This document shows positions 17,304-31,176 of a DNA stretch of 64,000 nt, one piece after another. Under the pieces are notes generated by a model, which did not search any database, was not told the origin of the DNA, and saw nothing but the letters and a program-made list of their open reading frames with translations. Both the position numbers and the translations under genes were made by a program. The stretch's first letter is position 1. Every line of letters starts with the position of its first letter. This DNA comes from the human T2T-CHM13v2.0 reference genome, Homo sapiens. Location: assembly GCF_009914755.1 (NCBI RefSeq), contig NC_060926.1. One strand, written 5' to 3'.

Positions 17304-18166
17304 TCAGCGCACAGAGACGATCCAACAAGCCGACCTTCCTGCAGACCCTGAGCCTGTGTCTTAGGACTTGGCAGCCCTCATCTCCCCAGGAGAGGTCCTC
17401 ATCTCCCCCTTCTTCCTTTACGTTCTCAACTCCACTCGGCACGTTTCGTTCATGCTCATTGTCCTCCCGCATCCCTGGAATTCAAGGCCAGCTGGTGGCA
17501 TGGGTGCCCAGACGTGGGATAGAGAGTCTCAGCCAGAGGACCACACCCTGGTTGGATGGCTGGTCGGCTTCCTGGTTTCACCACACTGTTGGGACCCACA
17601 GAATGCAGGACGGTGCCAAGGACTGGAGCAGTCTCCAACCGGACTGTTCAGGGTCCTTGCATCTGTTAATTTATTCTTCCCCAGATAGGAAACCCAGGCA
17701 CAAAGGTTTAAGAAACTTGTCCCACTTCCAGATGGGCCAAAGATAGGATTCAGATTCGAGGGATCAGAATGTGTCTGCTCTCAACCACTGCCCTAAACTG
17801 GGTGACATAAGGACCACTTCTTACATTTGCAAAGAGCTTATATCAGAGCTTTGCCTCTGTTGTCCTAGTAGAGTCCCCCAGCAGCCCAGTGACATGGGTG
17901 AGTAATATTATGTCTGTGTTTTATATGTGGAGCCTGGAACTCAGGTAAATGGCCCAATTTTGTATAGTGAAACAGACTAAACCCGGGATTTTTCGGCTGT
18001 GGACCCAGGTGCTTTACCCACCACGTGGATTTCTTCTTTTCTCTCTCCACATCCAAACAAATAGAAGTGTGCAAGTTCGGCTTGAAAATGGTATTGAGAG
18101 TTGTTTTTGTTGGAAACACTCTTTGTCAAGTACCTGGGGGTCTTCATCAGTAAGACCTCATTTTAG

Positions 18167-18245
18167 ATGCCTCCTGGCCTCCCCTTCCCAGGAGCACAGC
18201 TATGACCTTAGGTACTCCTTCCGAAAAGAACTTGTTTAACTAAAG
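18167..18245 (+). ncRNA. Candidate antisense exon in PAX8 intron 7
   Basis: Acceptor cctcattttag|A at 18166/18167 and a perfect donor AAG|GTAAGT at 18245/18246; 79 nt. Confidence 0.5.
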
Positions 18246-18547
18246 GTAAGTGTACCTCATCCTCACCATGGCCTCCTTCCACTGGGGAAGCAGATAGCGC
18301 AGAAAAAAGAACACACCCATTCCCCACATACCTTCACACTCGTCACATACCTGCTACGTGAGATGTGCAAAGCTGAATTCAGGGAATGCTCAGTAGTTAC
18401 ATAACAGTGCCACTAAAGGCAATTGTTTTCAGTGATTTCCATCGAGCTGGGTTCTGCAAAGATCCACAGCACTTTCCGGTTGCATGCTGGGCACTTTTGG
18501 AAGCTGCAGTCAATTCTGGAGGCCACCAGGGCACCATTAGCACATAG

Positions 18548-18933
<386 letters not shown>

Positions 18934-19583
18934 AGGGTGTGTCTTATTGAAATTGAACAAAATACCTAATTTCTAGAGCGTATAAGAGAAGTTTAAAATG
19001 CTTTATGGATGTGTTGTTTTGACAGCAAAATATCTACTCAGAATCCTATAGCTATTTCAAAATCCAAGTAACTTAGAAAAAAAGGAAAAAGAAAACCTAT
19101 ATAGTCAAATCTTTTGGTGATTTTGTATTCAATGACTGAAACTTCCCAGTGATTATTGGGCTTTTTAGCTGGAATTGAACTTGAATCGGGGCAGAGCAGC
19201 ACAATGCTTCAGAACTTCAGCGACTCTGAGCCCTGGTTCTGCAATGACCTGCCAAGTAGCTTTAGTCTACTTGACTGCTCTGAACCTTAATTTTCTCACC
19301 TGTATGGGAATCATAGACTCTACTTTATGAGGCTGACGTAAGCATTACATGAAATTTTGTATACTTATACATAATGTGCTTAGCACCGAATACTTGGTGA
19401 CAGCAGATGCCCAATGAGAGTTATCACAGATATTATTTCAGAATCGTGAAGAGTCAGAAGCCACCAAATTCTTGATTTCTGTCAATAAACTGATATTCAT
19501 ATTCTGTTGATTTTTTTTGATGCATTTGTAAAATAGGGAAACAAGAGCTGTATGACTTCTAGCTATGTCTGGTCATGAAATAG

Positions 19584-19941
<358 letters not shown>

Positions 19942-21289
19942 TGATTTTGCAGAAAAGATAGCTGTGTTACAACCTGTCCTAAGGTCAGGTATGAATACTT
20001 GTGCTTCTTTCTTGGCTCCCCAAGCCAGAGGGCATTCCTATGCCCAGGTGAGAGAGCACGGAGTGTTACTTTGGCAGCACAGTCAGTTACCAGAGGTAGG
20101 AAAAGCAAAGGCCAGGCAGGACATGAGGGGCCCTTGCACTGGCTGGTTCTCCCTGCCTTCACCACCCTCCAGGTGAATGACTGGGTGAATAATGATTGAC
20201 TGAGGAGGTAATGAATAATTTATGGACACTGCTGGACCTCAGTCTCCTCATCTGAAAGATGAGTGGTTGGAGAAGTTTAATGGTTTTCAAATGCTTTTTT
20301 TTTCAGTCTTCAAATAAGTGTTTACGTAGAAGCACCATATCTGAAACAGGTGACAGTGGACCAGTCTGAATGAAATGAGGGTTGGCAGGCCTGAGCTCCA
20401 AAACCTTCTGATTGCCCAAGCCCTCCTTGTCTTGCTTGGATTATCTCCACACAAATGGAGAAACTGGACAAGGTGGTCATGGAGGTCCCTGAAAGCTCAA
20501 AGACTTTCTCATTCCAGGATTCCCCATGTTCATATGCCAGCATGGCATGGGGGTGCTCTGTAGTCAAGCAGGGTCCTTTGGGGGGCTTAGGGATGGAGCC
20601 AGGAAATGGCTCTGGGACTCAGCGGGTGTCCAGAGTCTCATCAGCAGGGTTTCTTTACTTTCACTGAGTGGCTGGTGCCTGCACACTGAGTTTTGCAGGC
20701 TTACTCTCACAGAGTGAGCTTCCTGCAGGCCCCCCACTGCAACCCCTTTCCTTCCTGGAGCTGTGTGCTGACTGGTGCGTGAGCACCCCAGGCCCTCTCC
20801 CCATGCTGCTGATGGTCAGCTTTCTCTGCACGCTCGTGGTTGCCACAGTCAACGCTGATAAAATTGCTGATGCAGATTGCCTGCCCAGCTGCGAGTGCTG
20901 GCACGGGACCAGCAGCCCAGACGGTCACTGGAAGTGGTTGGGCTGATTATTGGCATCATCTCCATTGTCCTACTCGGTTCTTAAAGGCATATGGACTTGC
21001 CTCACTCCTACAGCAAATGACGGCATGGGCAAAGAGGGGCAACAGACCCACCCTGAAGACACTCCTCATCTGGTTGACTTGGCAGGGTTAAGGGAAAAAG
21101 ATGTGATGACTAGGAGCTGAGAGCTTAGTGGTTCTGCCAGAGCTGCAGAGTCTTTGTTGGCCTCAGGGTGGGACCTCTCACATCTCTGTCAGCTTTTCAC
21201 AGACACCAACCTGTTATGATTCATTTCACCTGTCCTGAGCACTAGCAAGAAAAATTCGCTGTAGCTTGTGATGTATTATTCTGGATTTC

Positions 21290-21830
21290 TCAACTCATTC
21301 ATTTGTTCATTCATTCACTATACCATTACTGTCTATTATAAGGGGGGCACAATGGTAGGTGCTGGGAATAAAAACGATGTTTAACGTTTCATGAGGCTTC
21401 CCTGTCCTTAAGGAGTCCGCGTGTCTTTGTACCTGTCTGTCTGCTAGATTATTAAGTGACACTGTGAGAAGCTACTGAGAGCAGCATGTGGGACATGCAG
21501 AAGGGCAAGAGGCAGGAGAGATGATTCATGTCGGAGGGGCAGGGGAGGACTGACGGAGAGGGTGATGTTTGGCTGAGTCATGAAGGCTAGTGGTATTTTT
21601 CCATGCAGAGAAGTGGGAGGAAAGGCATTCTGTGTGGAGGGCACACAGTGTGCAAGGGCAGAGAGGTGTGAGCGAGGGTGGTGAGCTCGGGGCCATGAGT
21701 AATGCAAGAGCATGGGGTGTGCAGGATGAGTGGCCAAAGGTGGGGCTAGGAAATAGTGGCTGAGGTCATTATGTGAAGGCTTTGTGCTACTGCTTCAGAG
21801 TTGTGGAACGTGATGTTGCAATCTGGGAAA
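21290..21830 (-). mobile_element. L2 LINE 3' fragment
   Basis: (TTCA)n tail followed by reverse L2 motifs (GGCATTC...GGGCACACAGTGTGCAAGG). Confidence 0.6.
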
Positions 21831-21973
21831 GACGCTGATGGCAAGGGATAGCATCATCAGGTTGTGCTGCCATCCCTGAAAGGCCCAGGCTCAAAGGTTT
21901 TGGGTGAAGGAAGCCAGGAGGGTTAGAAAGGGAGGAAGATGCCAGGGCATCTGGTAAAATAAAGCATGTGTCA

Positions 21974-22336
<363 letters not shown>

Positions 22337-22571
22337 TCATGCTCTAGGCCAAAGTAGAGGACTGACTCCAAGCTGACTCACTGTGGAGGGAGAAAAAGGG
22401 CCAGCCACGTGGGCCCAGGAGCCTTGGCCAACTGAGGGACAGGACATGTGACAGTCACATGCAGAGCCCCTACAAAGTCCCATATCATAAGTGGAAGGGT
22501 TTCTGTCCCCATCAAAGCCTGAGCAAACTGCTCTCGTGCACCGCCCGCTGCCCTCCTGTCCCAGCACTCAC

Positions 22572-22694
22572 TGTCATCCATTTTCCTCTTGTCGCTGCCA
22601 GGCTGAGCGATGCCCAGGAGCCCATTGATGGAGTAGGTGGAGCCCAGGGAATCCGACTGGGGTGACTCCGGGGGAGTTACAGCTGAGCTGGGGA
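22572..22694 (-). CDS. PAX8: PAX8 exon 6, octapeptide (YSINGLLG)
   Basis: ccactgcag|TCCCCAG ... GACA|GTGAGT, 123 nt. Encodes [41 protein letters not shown]. Confidence 0.97.
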
Positions 22695-22915
22695 CTGCAG
22701 TGGGGGAGAGGGAGAGGGTCAGGGGTGGGAGTGACACCCCTCACAGCCCTGGGTGACTCTGGGGTAGTTACAGTTGAGCTGGGGACTGCAGGGGCTGGGG
22801 GAGAGGGAGAGGAGCAAGGGGTGGGACACCCCTTACAGCCCTGGGGTGACTCTGGGGGGACTGCGGTGGTGGGAAGAGGGAGAGGGTCAGGGAGTGAGAG
22901 TGACACCCCTCACAG
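22659..22915. repeat. Degenerate triplication (~77-92 bp units) spanning the exon 6 acceptor
   Basis: The motifs GGGTGACTC(C/T)GGGG and GACACCCCT(C/T)ACAG each recur three times. Two units also carry GTTACAG(C/T)TGAGCTGGGGACTGCAG. Confidence 0.85.
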
Positions 22916-23253
22916 TCCCTGCTGACACTGTGCAGGAGGCAGCAAGCCGAACCATGGACTGAGCCCTGGAGGGGCTCAGGTCCTTCCTCCAGGGGGCCTC
23001 CTGGTGGGAGGGATTCTTGGAGTTAGAGCTGTCTCAAGTGTTTGCACCTCTCCATAGTTCAGTGAATCTGCCCTGGGAACAGGCCAGACTTCGTCGCAGT
23101 GGCACAACTCAGTCTACACATGGGTTTGTGAATGGTACTGTGCACAGCTATGTCTGTGTGGGTGTGTCTGTGTGTGCCTCTGTGTATATGTGGGTATGCT
23201 GAAGGGGAGGTGTACACGAGCATGTGTGTGTATCCAGGTCTCTCAGCACTCAC

Positions 23254-23342
23254 TCAGCGTGTGTCCGGGACTCAGGGACTTGGTGGCCACGCAGCTGTCC
23301 ATAGGGAGGTTGAATGGTTGCTGCACTTTGGTCCGGATGATT
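23254..23342 (-). CDS. PAX8: PAX8 exon 5, end of paired domain
   Basis: catcacag|AATCATCC ... GCTGA|GTGAGT, 89 nt. Encodes [29 protein letters not shown]. Confidence 0.97.
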
Positions 23343-23419
23343 CTGTGATGAAGAGAAGAAAGGCCATGAGAGAGAAGAGGAGGAAAGAGAACTCATGGCT
23401 GCCCCAGACCCAGTCGCCT

Positions 23420-24650
23420 TTTTGACACCCCTTTTGGGTATCTCAAAGGCACTTGAAACTCAACTGTCCACAGTCAAGTCTGTGACCCTACTCCGCATGC
23501 CTAGTCCTCCTCAGTTGTCCGCATTTCATGATTGGTACCATCAGTCACTCAAGGCCAAAACAGAGATGGGGCTTAACCTCTGCTTCCCTCTCTTTCCTAT
23601 CAAACCCATCATCAAGTTCTGTGTTTTGACCTTGTGAACCTTGCCAACGTTGACCCCTCTCTGCGTCTCTCCATCAGCACCTTAGTGCATGTCATCACCA
23701 GTGTTCCAGGGTCACTCAGTGGCCCACGCCCATCCCCTCTTGGCCCTTTCTAAGTGATTCTCCCTACTGCAGCCAGAGTGGACTTTCTGAAATGCAAGTT
23801 GGCTTAAAATCTGCCAAGGGTTTCCCATTGCTTTATGACCAAAGGCAAGAAGATATAACACAGCCCCCAGCCTCTGAAAGGTCACCTCTGCTGACATCTT
23901 CAACTTCAGCCTACCTTGTGCTCCCCTGCTCTTTATCTACTGGTTTTCTTTTCTTTCTTTCTTTTTTTTTTGAGATAGAGTCTTGCTCTTGTCGCCCAGG
24001 CTGGAGTCCAGTGGCGTGATCTCAGCTCACTGCAACCTCTGCCTCCCATGTTCAAGTGGTTTTCCTGCTTCAGTCTCCCAAGTAGCTAGGATTACAGGCA
24101 CTCGCCACCACACCCAGTTAATTTTTGCATTTTTAGAAGAGATGGGGTTTCACCATGTTGGCCAGGTTGGTCTCGAACGCCTGATCTCAGGTGATCCACC
24201 TGCCTTGGCCTCCCAAAGTGCTGGGATTACAGGCATGAGCCACTGCACCTGGCCTATCTACTGGTTTTCTTTTGATCCTATTAGCCACAGGGCCTTTGCA
24301 TAACTGTCTGAGCTCTTTTCACCTAGTTCTCTTATTGTTTTTTACTCAAGGGAAGACTTTCATGAACTTCATAAACCAAATAATCCTGTGCTACCTTGCA
24401 TATCTTCATGTTCCTTTTCTTAGCAGGACTTACAGCTGCATTTTTACAATATTTTTTGTAGGTAGTTGATTAATATCTGTGTTCTCATTAGACTGTAAGC
24501 TCCGCAAAGATGGGCTTTGTGTGTCCCAGGGCCTAGCACAAAATGAATGAGTGAATTATGTGTGAATGAATTAATGAACAAGCGAGTGAGTAAGTAAATG
24601 ATTGATTGAGGCAGTGAGTGAATCATTGAGGGACTAAACGAATGAATGCT
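23420..24650 (+). mobile_element. L2 LINE 3' fragment interrupted by an Alu
   Basis: L2 motifs (TAGACTGTAAGCTCC...CCAGGGCCTAGCACA) and a (TGAA)n tail. Confidence 0.65.
23952..24254 (-). mobile_element. Alu inserted into an L2
   Basis: Reverse Alu consensus with TSD TATCTACTGGTTTTCTTT. Confidence 0.95.
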
Positions 24651-24988
24651 TGAATGTGGGCTGGGTTAGGGGTCTGATGGCTTAGAAAAGGATCAATTCA
24701 TGAAGATTCTTTTATTGAATGAAAGCAGATGTGGTGTTTGAGGAAGGAAACTGTAGATAGCACACTATGGCTGGGGGCCAGGGGGAGGGTGCCCCATAGC
24801 ATGGGGCAAGGGAGGAGGCAGGGAGGTATGATATCTGCCTGGAGCCAGGTGTGCTCCCTGCCTGATTGTTCAGCATCAGGCCCCTTCCCGGCCTCTGCTC
24901 CACCCAAGCCAGGCCTTTCTTGTCTCTTTCCTGATTTCCCCAAAGCCCAGGGGCCCCAGCCTGACACCAGAGGCTGCTTTCTCTCTTA

Positions 24989-25213
<225 letters not shown>

Positions 25214-25586
25214 TTACCCAATAAGCAGGTGGGGTCTTTAGACAGGGATTTAGCCAGAGCCTCCCTCCTCTCTGAGGCTTCTGGGTAGGGGTATGAGAGT
25301 GAAATGTGCCTCCAAGGCTGGTCTCAAACGCTTGATGTGCATGGAACTATCTGTTTCCCTCACTTGGGTAGGTTCATGCTACTGCCAAACCAGCACCCTC
25401 TGCTAAAGGCCTCACCTTGGCTTCTCTCTCTTCCTTCCCTCTGGCCAGTCTCTTGTGTCCTAGCATCTGCAACAGCCATTGTATGGGGCACAAAAGATTT
25501 CCCTTCTAAGAAAGGAAATCTTGGTGTGCCTGATGTGTGAATGACAGGGGCACAGCAGTTTGCTCTATCCAGCTTCTTTTGGCTAA

Positions 25587-26011
<425 letters not shown>

Positions 26012-26659
26012 TGAGGCATATCCCTCACCCCCCTGGTCACTGGTTTTCTATCAGGTTTTAGCAGGTTCAAGTTGAAGCTTCTCCTCATGGACTCTGGAAT
26101 CCTGACCTTGCTTGGATCCCCAGCCAGGTCCAACTTGTTAAGCTGAGCCTCCTCTTCTGGGGCCTCCACCCTTCCCCTCCCTCTATCCTCCAACTAGTTG
26201 CTTTGGCAGATCAACCGCCTGTGTCAGCATATCCTCCTCTTCTTGTTGTAGAAACTCTCTGCTCTCATCTGCATGAAAAAGAATCTAGCTCTTTAAAACT
26301 CCATTCATCTGTTACTTCCATCCAGGACTCATCTCTTCTGGGACACCACAACCCATCACAGGAATCCCCTCTCCCTAGCCCAGCAAAGGATCATGCCTTT
26401 CCCTAACTACTTCAGGAGGGGAGCCAGGGCTTTTCACGGTTCAAAGAACAGTCCAGGTCCCTTTACCTTGTCCAACCAGGGCTCCTCCTAAATCCACCTA
26501 AGGGTCAGAGCAGGGGGACAGGCACACGTACACAGAGCTGACTGGAAGCTGTGGCACAGAGGCATTTTTAATGGAAGTGGCTTTGCAGACTGGAATCTGT
26601 GACTGCATCAGCTCAGAAGCAGGCCTTTGCTGCTCCTGGTCTCTTCTGAATCTTTGGGT

Positions 26660-26860
26660 CAGTGGTTCTCAACCCTGGCTGCAGAGAATTAGAGTCACTT
26701 GCTGGGGGCGGATGGGCTGGGGAGTTATATGCCAAAACTTGCGCCTATTTCCCTAAAGTTCGGATTTAATTGGTCTGCCCTGGGGCATAAACAGTATTGC
26801 TATTTAAAAATCAGGCTTCCCCTGGTGACTGTAATGTGCTACCAGGGCTATGAAGCACTG
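26660..26860. mobile_element. MER5-like MITE
   Basis: Starts CAGTGGTTCTCAACCCTGGCTGCA...ATTAGAGTCAC. Confidence 0.7.
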
Positions 26861-27316
26861 ATCTGGGGTCTTGGGGAATTATGGTTTGAGAAGCACAAAC
26901 TCAGATATCACTCTTTTAGGGGTTAGACCTTGGGAGCTCATCTGTGTGTCCCCTCCCTAGTGGCCTAATTTCCCTAGGTCTCGGTAGGAGGAGGACCTTG
27001 GGGGAAGATTCTCTTGCCTTAGCAGGAGAGAAGCCTATAGCTAATGAGACATGGAGCAAAAGAGAAGAAGGGAGAGGGAGAAACTAAAAGAAGGATAAAT
27101 GGACAAAGAAAGAAGGAAGGGCAAGAAAACAGTAGAAAAATAGTGGCTGGGTAGAGGCCCAGAAGGACCACCATAACTGTTCAGGTCTCAGGACCAAAGC
27201 TGGACATTGGGAGCAAATCCCCATTCCCTGGGAGGGGAATTCTCTAGCTGCCCTGAGATCAGCTGGAGAAGTCAAGCCCTGCGGGGAAGGCGGCCTGCGG
27301 TGAATTTCGTGCTTAC

Positions 27317-27482
27317 CTGCCAAGGATCTTGCTGACGCAGCCATGGCTGACGCGGAGCTGGCGAGAGATGTCGCAGGGCCTTACACCCTGGTGGGCCAGG
27401 TCTACGATGCGCTGGCGGACCACTTCCGGCAGAGGTCTGCCATTCACAAAGGCCCCTCCCAGCTGGTTCAGCCCTCCATGGC
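27317..27482 (-). CDS. PAX8: PAX8 exon 3, paired domain N-terminal (PAI) subdomain
   Basis: ccttag|GCCATGG ... GGCAG|GTAAGC, 166 nt. Encodes [56 protein letters not shown]. Confidence 0.98.
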
Positions 27483-28294
27483 CTAAGGAGACAATATTCC
27501 CAGGGACAGCTGTCAGGGTCAGGTAGGAGTTTGGGTGGGGATTAGCTATGAGTACAGGTGCTGGTGTGTGTGTGTGTGTTTGACTGTGACCATGAAATCC
27601 CACGGCCAGGCCCTGTGGGCCCCTCTGCACCCCTTCCCCAGTTCTCACTCCCAAGATGCTGGCACAAATGGTATGTGATGCTCATCCCCCACGATGGGAT
27701 GGTGTCACAGGAGCACCTTGGGCTTGGGGACTCTTCAGGCAGACTCAGCCCTTCACTCCAAATCACAATCCCCTATTTTCTTCCCTCCCTCTGAAAAGTG
27801 TGTAAGGAATTGAGGATGTGGGGTCTTCCCATACCAATACTGAGCCGTTTGACCTTGGGGAAAACCCCTTCTCTTCTGAGAGTCTCTTTTCCTTTTGTAA
27901 AATGACGGCACAGGTGATTTTCACCTTTCTCCTTCTCCTCATGGAACCAGATTTTAAAACACTACCTCATTGAGAAAAACAAATACAAAAGAATAAAAGC
28001 AGAAACTCTCTGGTAGAGCTTGGGCAGAGAAGGCCTGAGCTCTGTCTGTGGACTTCTGGCCTGAATGACCCCCAAGGTTCCTTCTTTCTCTAATAGGCCA
28101 GAGCAGCAGGGACCTGGTGCAGGGTCCTCACAGGCATAGATAGCACTGGGTTCCAGGACTGACACAGGGGCTACAGGCCACTGTGGGAATCTATCCACGT
28201 CATGGATGTGTGTACACGTTCCCTTAGCTGCTTTCCTGACTTGGCCTCTGCTCTCTGGCCCCAGCCTGTGTTTCATTCTGAGCCCATCTATCCA

Positions 28295-28665
28295 GTCAAA
28301 TCCATTTGTATTGAGTGCTAACTATGTGCCACGCACTGCACAGGTCCCTGATGATGCCAAGGTGAATAAGGCAGACATGATCCCTATTCTTCCCTCATGG
28401 GGTTTATTACAGTGAGGTCCTAGACCAGCAAACAGCCAGTTAACATATTTTGTGACCACTTTTGGGACTGGTGACATGCAGAGAGTTATGGGAACCACTG
28501 GAGGGGAACTTGACTTGGCTCAAGGAAACACAGAAGGGTTCCTGAGGAGGTCTAAGCTGAGACTGAAGATAAACAGGTACTAGCCAAGTGAGGGAGAGAG
28601 GGGAGAAAACTGTTCCAGGCAGTGGGAACAGAATGTGCAAAGACTCAGAGGCAAGAGGATACTTG
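28295..28665 (-). mobile_element. L2 LINE fragment
   Basis: ATTGAGTGCTAACTATGTGCCA...TGTTCCAGGCAGTGGGAACAG.ATGTGCAAAG. Confidence 0.65.
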
Positions 28666-29214
28666 TCTGTTAGATTTTCCAACATATTCAACTCTATAGT
28701 ACCTAGAGCCATACTGGGCTAATTTCAGGGCCGAGATTTCCATTTTTCTCATGAGGAGACTGGGGCTCAGAGAGTTTTAGTGCTCTGATTTATATGACTT
28801 GTCTAACTCAGCTTATATGAGGAGGAGCTGAGATCCATCCAGAATTTAAGGCTCAGATCAGGGCTGCTCCTTGAGGGGAGCCCTGTTCTGGGGCTAGAGC
28901 TATGCCTGGATGCTTGTCATTGGCTCTGCTGTTTTGTGCTGAACATGCCATGGTCTTTTTCACACCAAGGGCAGGATTTGGTGATATGACTGGGAAGGTA
29001 GAGCCCTGCAGTGTGGGAGTCAGGGAGCAGGCAGGTGAGAAGGAAGAGCCAACCCCAGCCTTCTGTGTGAACCAGTTAAAGACTGTTTATGGCCGAGGGT
29101 GGGAAGTGCCTTTGCTGGGCACACAGTGCCCATTATCACCCACTGACTTAGCACATTCAGAACTGCCTTGCAATGTCTCCTCAGGGGCCCAAGCTGTCTT
29201 CAGCAGAACACTCA

Positions 29215-29560
<346 letters not shown>

Positions 29561-30548
29561 CTAAGCCTCTGCCCTGGGCAGTAAGTCAGGAGGAAAAGCC
29601 CTCTGGCCAAACACCCAGCAAGAAGGATGCAATGACCCATCTTCCTGGTGGACACAACGGGTGAGCTTGGGCACAGCTTCCACCTATGCCTGTCCAGGCA
29701 AGTCTTCCTAGTGACTGCTTCTCCACTAGGGCTGGAAGAGTGCTTGGAGGGCCTTCAGGAGAGCCCAGATGGTGGGCAGAGGGGCCTTTGCCCAGTCCTA
29801 AGCCCATTCCTCTGGTCCTTACTGGCCAGAGTGCCATTTGTGAATTGCTGTAGCCATTTGCCCTCACTGCATCATTGTTGCCTTCCGGCTCTTTTGGGTC
29901 CAGGCACTGAACACAAGGGGGCGCCAGACAGCCACCCAAACACAGACAAGACCTTCAGCAGTCCAGCTTTGTCCTCATTTTCCAGAAGTTTCCGGGCCGT
30001 ATCCACCCAAACCTAGGTGTTTAGGCTGGGACCTCTATATCTGAAAGCAAGGTTTCTTAGAGGTGGAGGTTCTTCACCTCTACAAATGTGAAGCAGGTTT
30101 AAAAAAAATGCCATTCTGGGGTGGCATGAATTGGGTATTGTGCCTTTTTTTTAAAAAAAGAAAACGACGCTGTAAGTTGTGTGGGACATTGCTCTTAATT
30201 ATTATGAAGGACTGACTCGCATCCTTAGAAACCCAAACCCTCAGGAAGCCACCTGAGAGGTTATTTACCGTTATCAGCAAGCATTGTAGTGCTGGGAAAG
30301 ATGCATTCACATTTCTGGCCCCTAAACGGTGAATTCTCTGGTGCTTATTTTATTTGACTGTCTTCTGAATGACTTTGTGTTACTGTGGAAAGAGTCTTGG
30401 GCCTGATCCCTTCTTTGACACTGCCTGTTTTAGTCTTATCATTTGAGAAAGTGGGTTTTTTTTTCAACCTTAGTGTTTTTATCTATCGAATGGAGCTTAA
30501 CAAAACTTATGCCTGCTGCTGACTTAAACCCCTATAAGAAGATAGGGG

Positions 30549-30877
<329 letters not shown>

Positions 30878-30984
30878 TTATTTAGATAAACAAATCTTGC
30901 TATAAATGTAACGTTTTTCTAATTTGTAATATTCCCATGGTTGAATGTTATGACCCAATCTTGGGAGTAGGACTAGGACTAGGG

Positions 30985-31176
30985 AGTGTTTTCTCAAACT
31001 TCAGTGTGCATCAGAATCACTTGGCAGTGAGGGTTATTAAAATACAGAGTACTGAGCACAATGCCCTAAGTTTCTGAATCAGTAGGTCTGGGATTGAACT
31101 AAGAATTTATGTTTCTAAGAAGTTTCCACATGGTGCTAATGCTGCTAGGCCAGGGTCACACTTTGAAAACCACTGG
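30985..31176. mobile_element. MER5A-like MITE
   Basis: TTCTCAAACTTCAGTGTGCATCAGAATCAC ... CACACTTTGAAAACCACTG. Confidence 0.8.
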
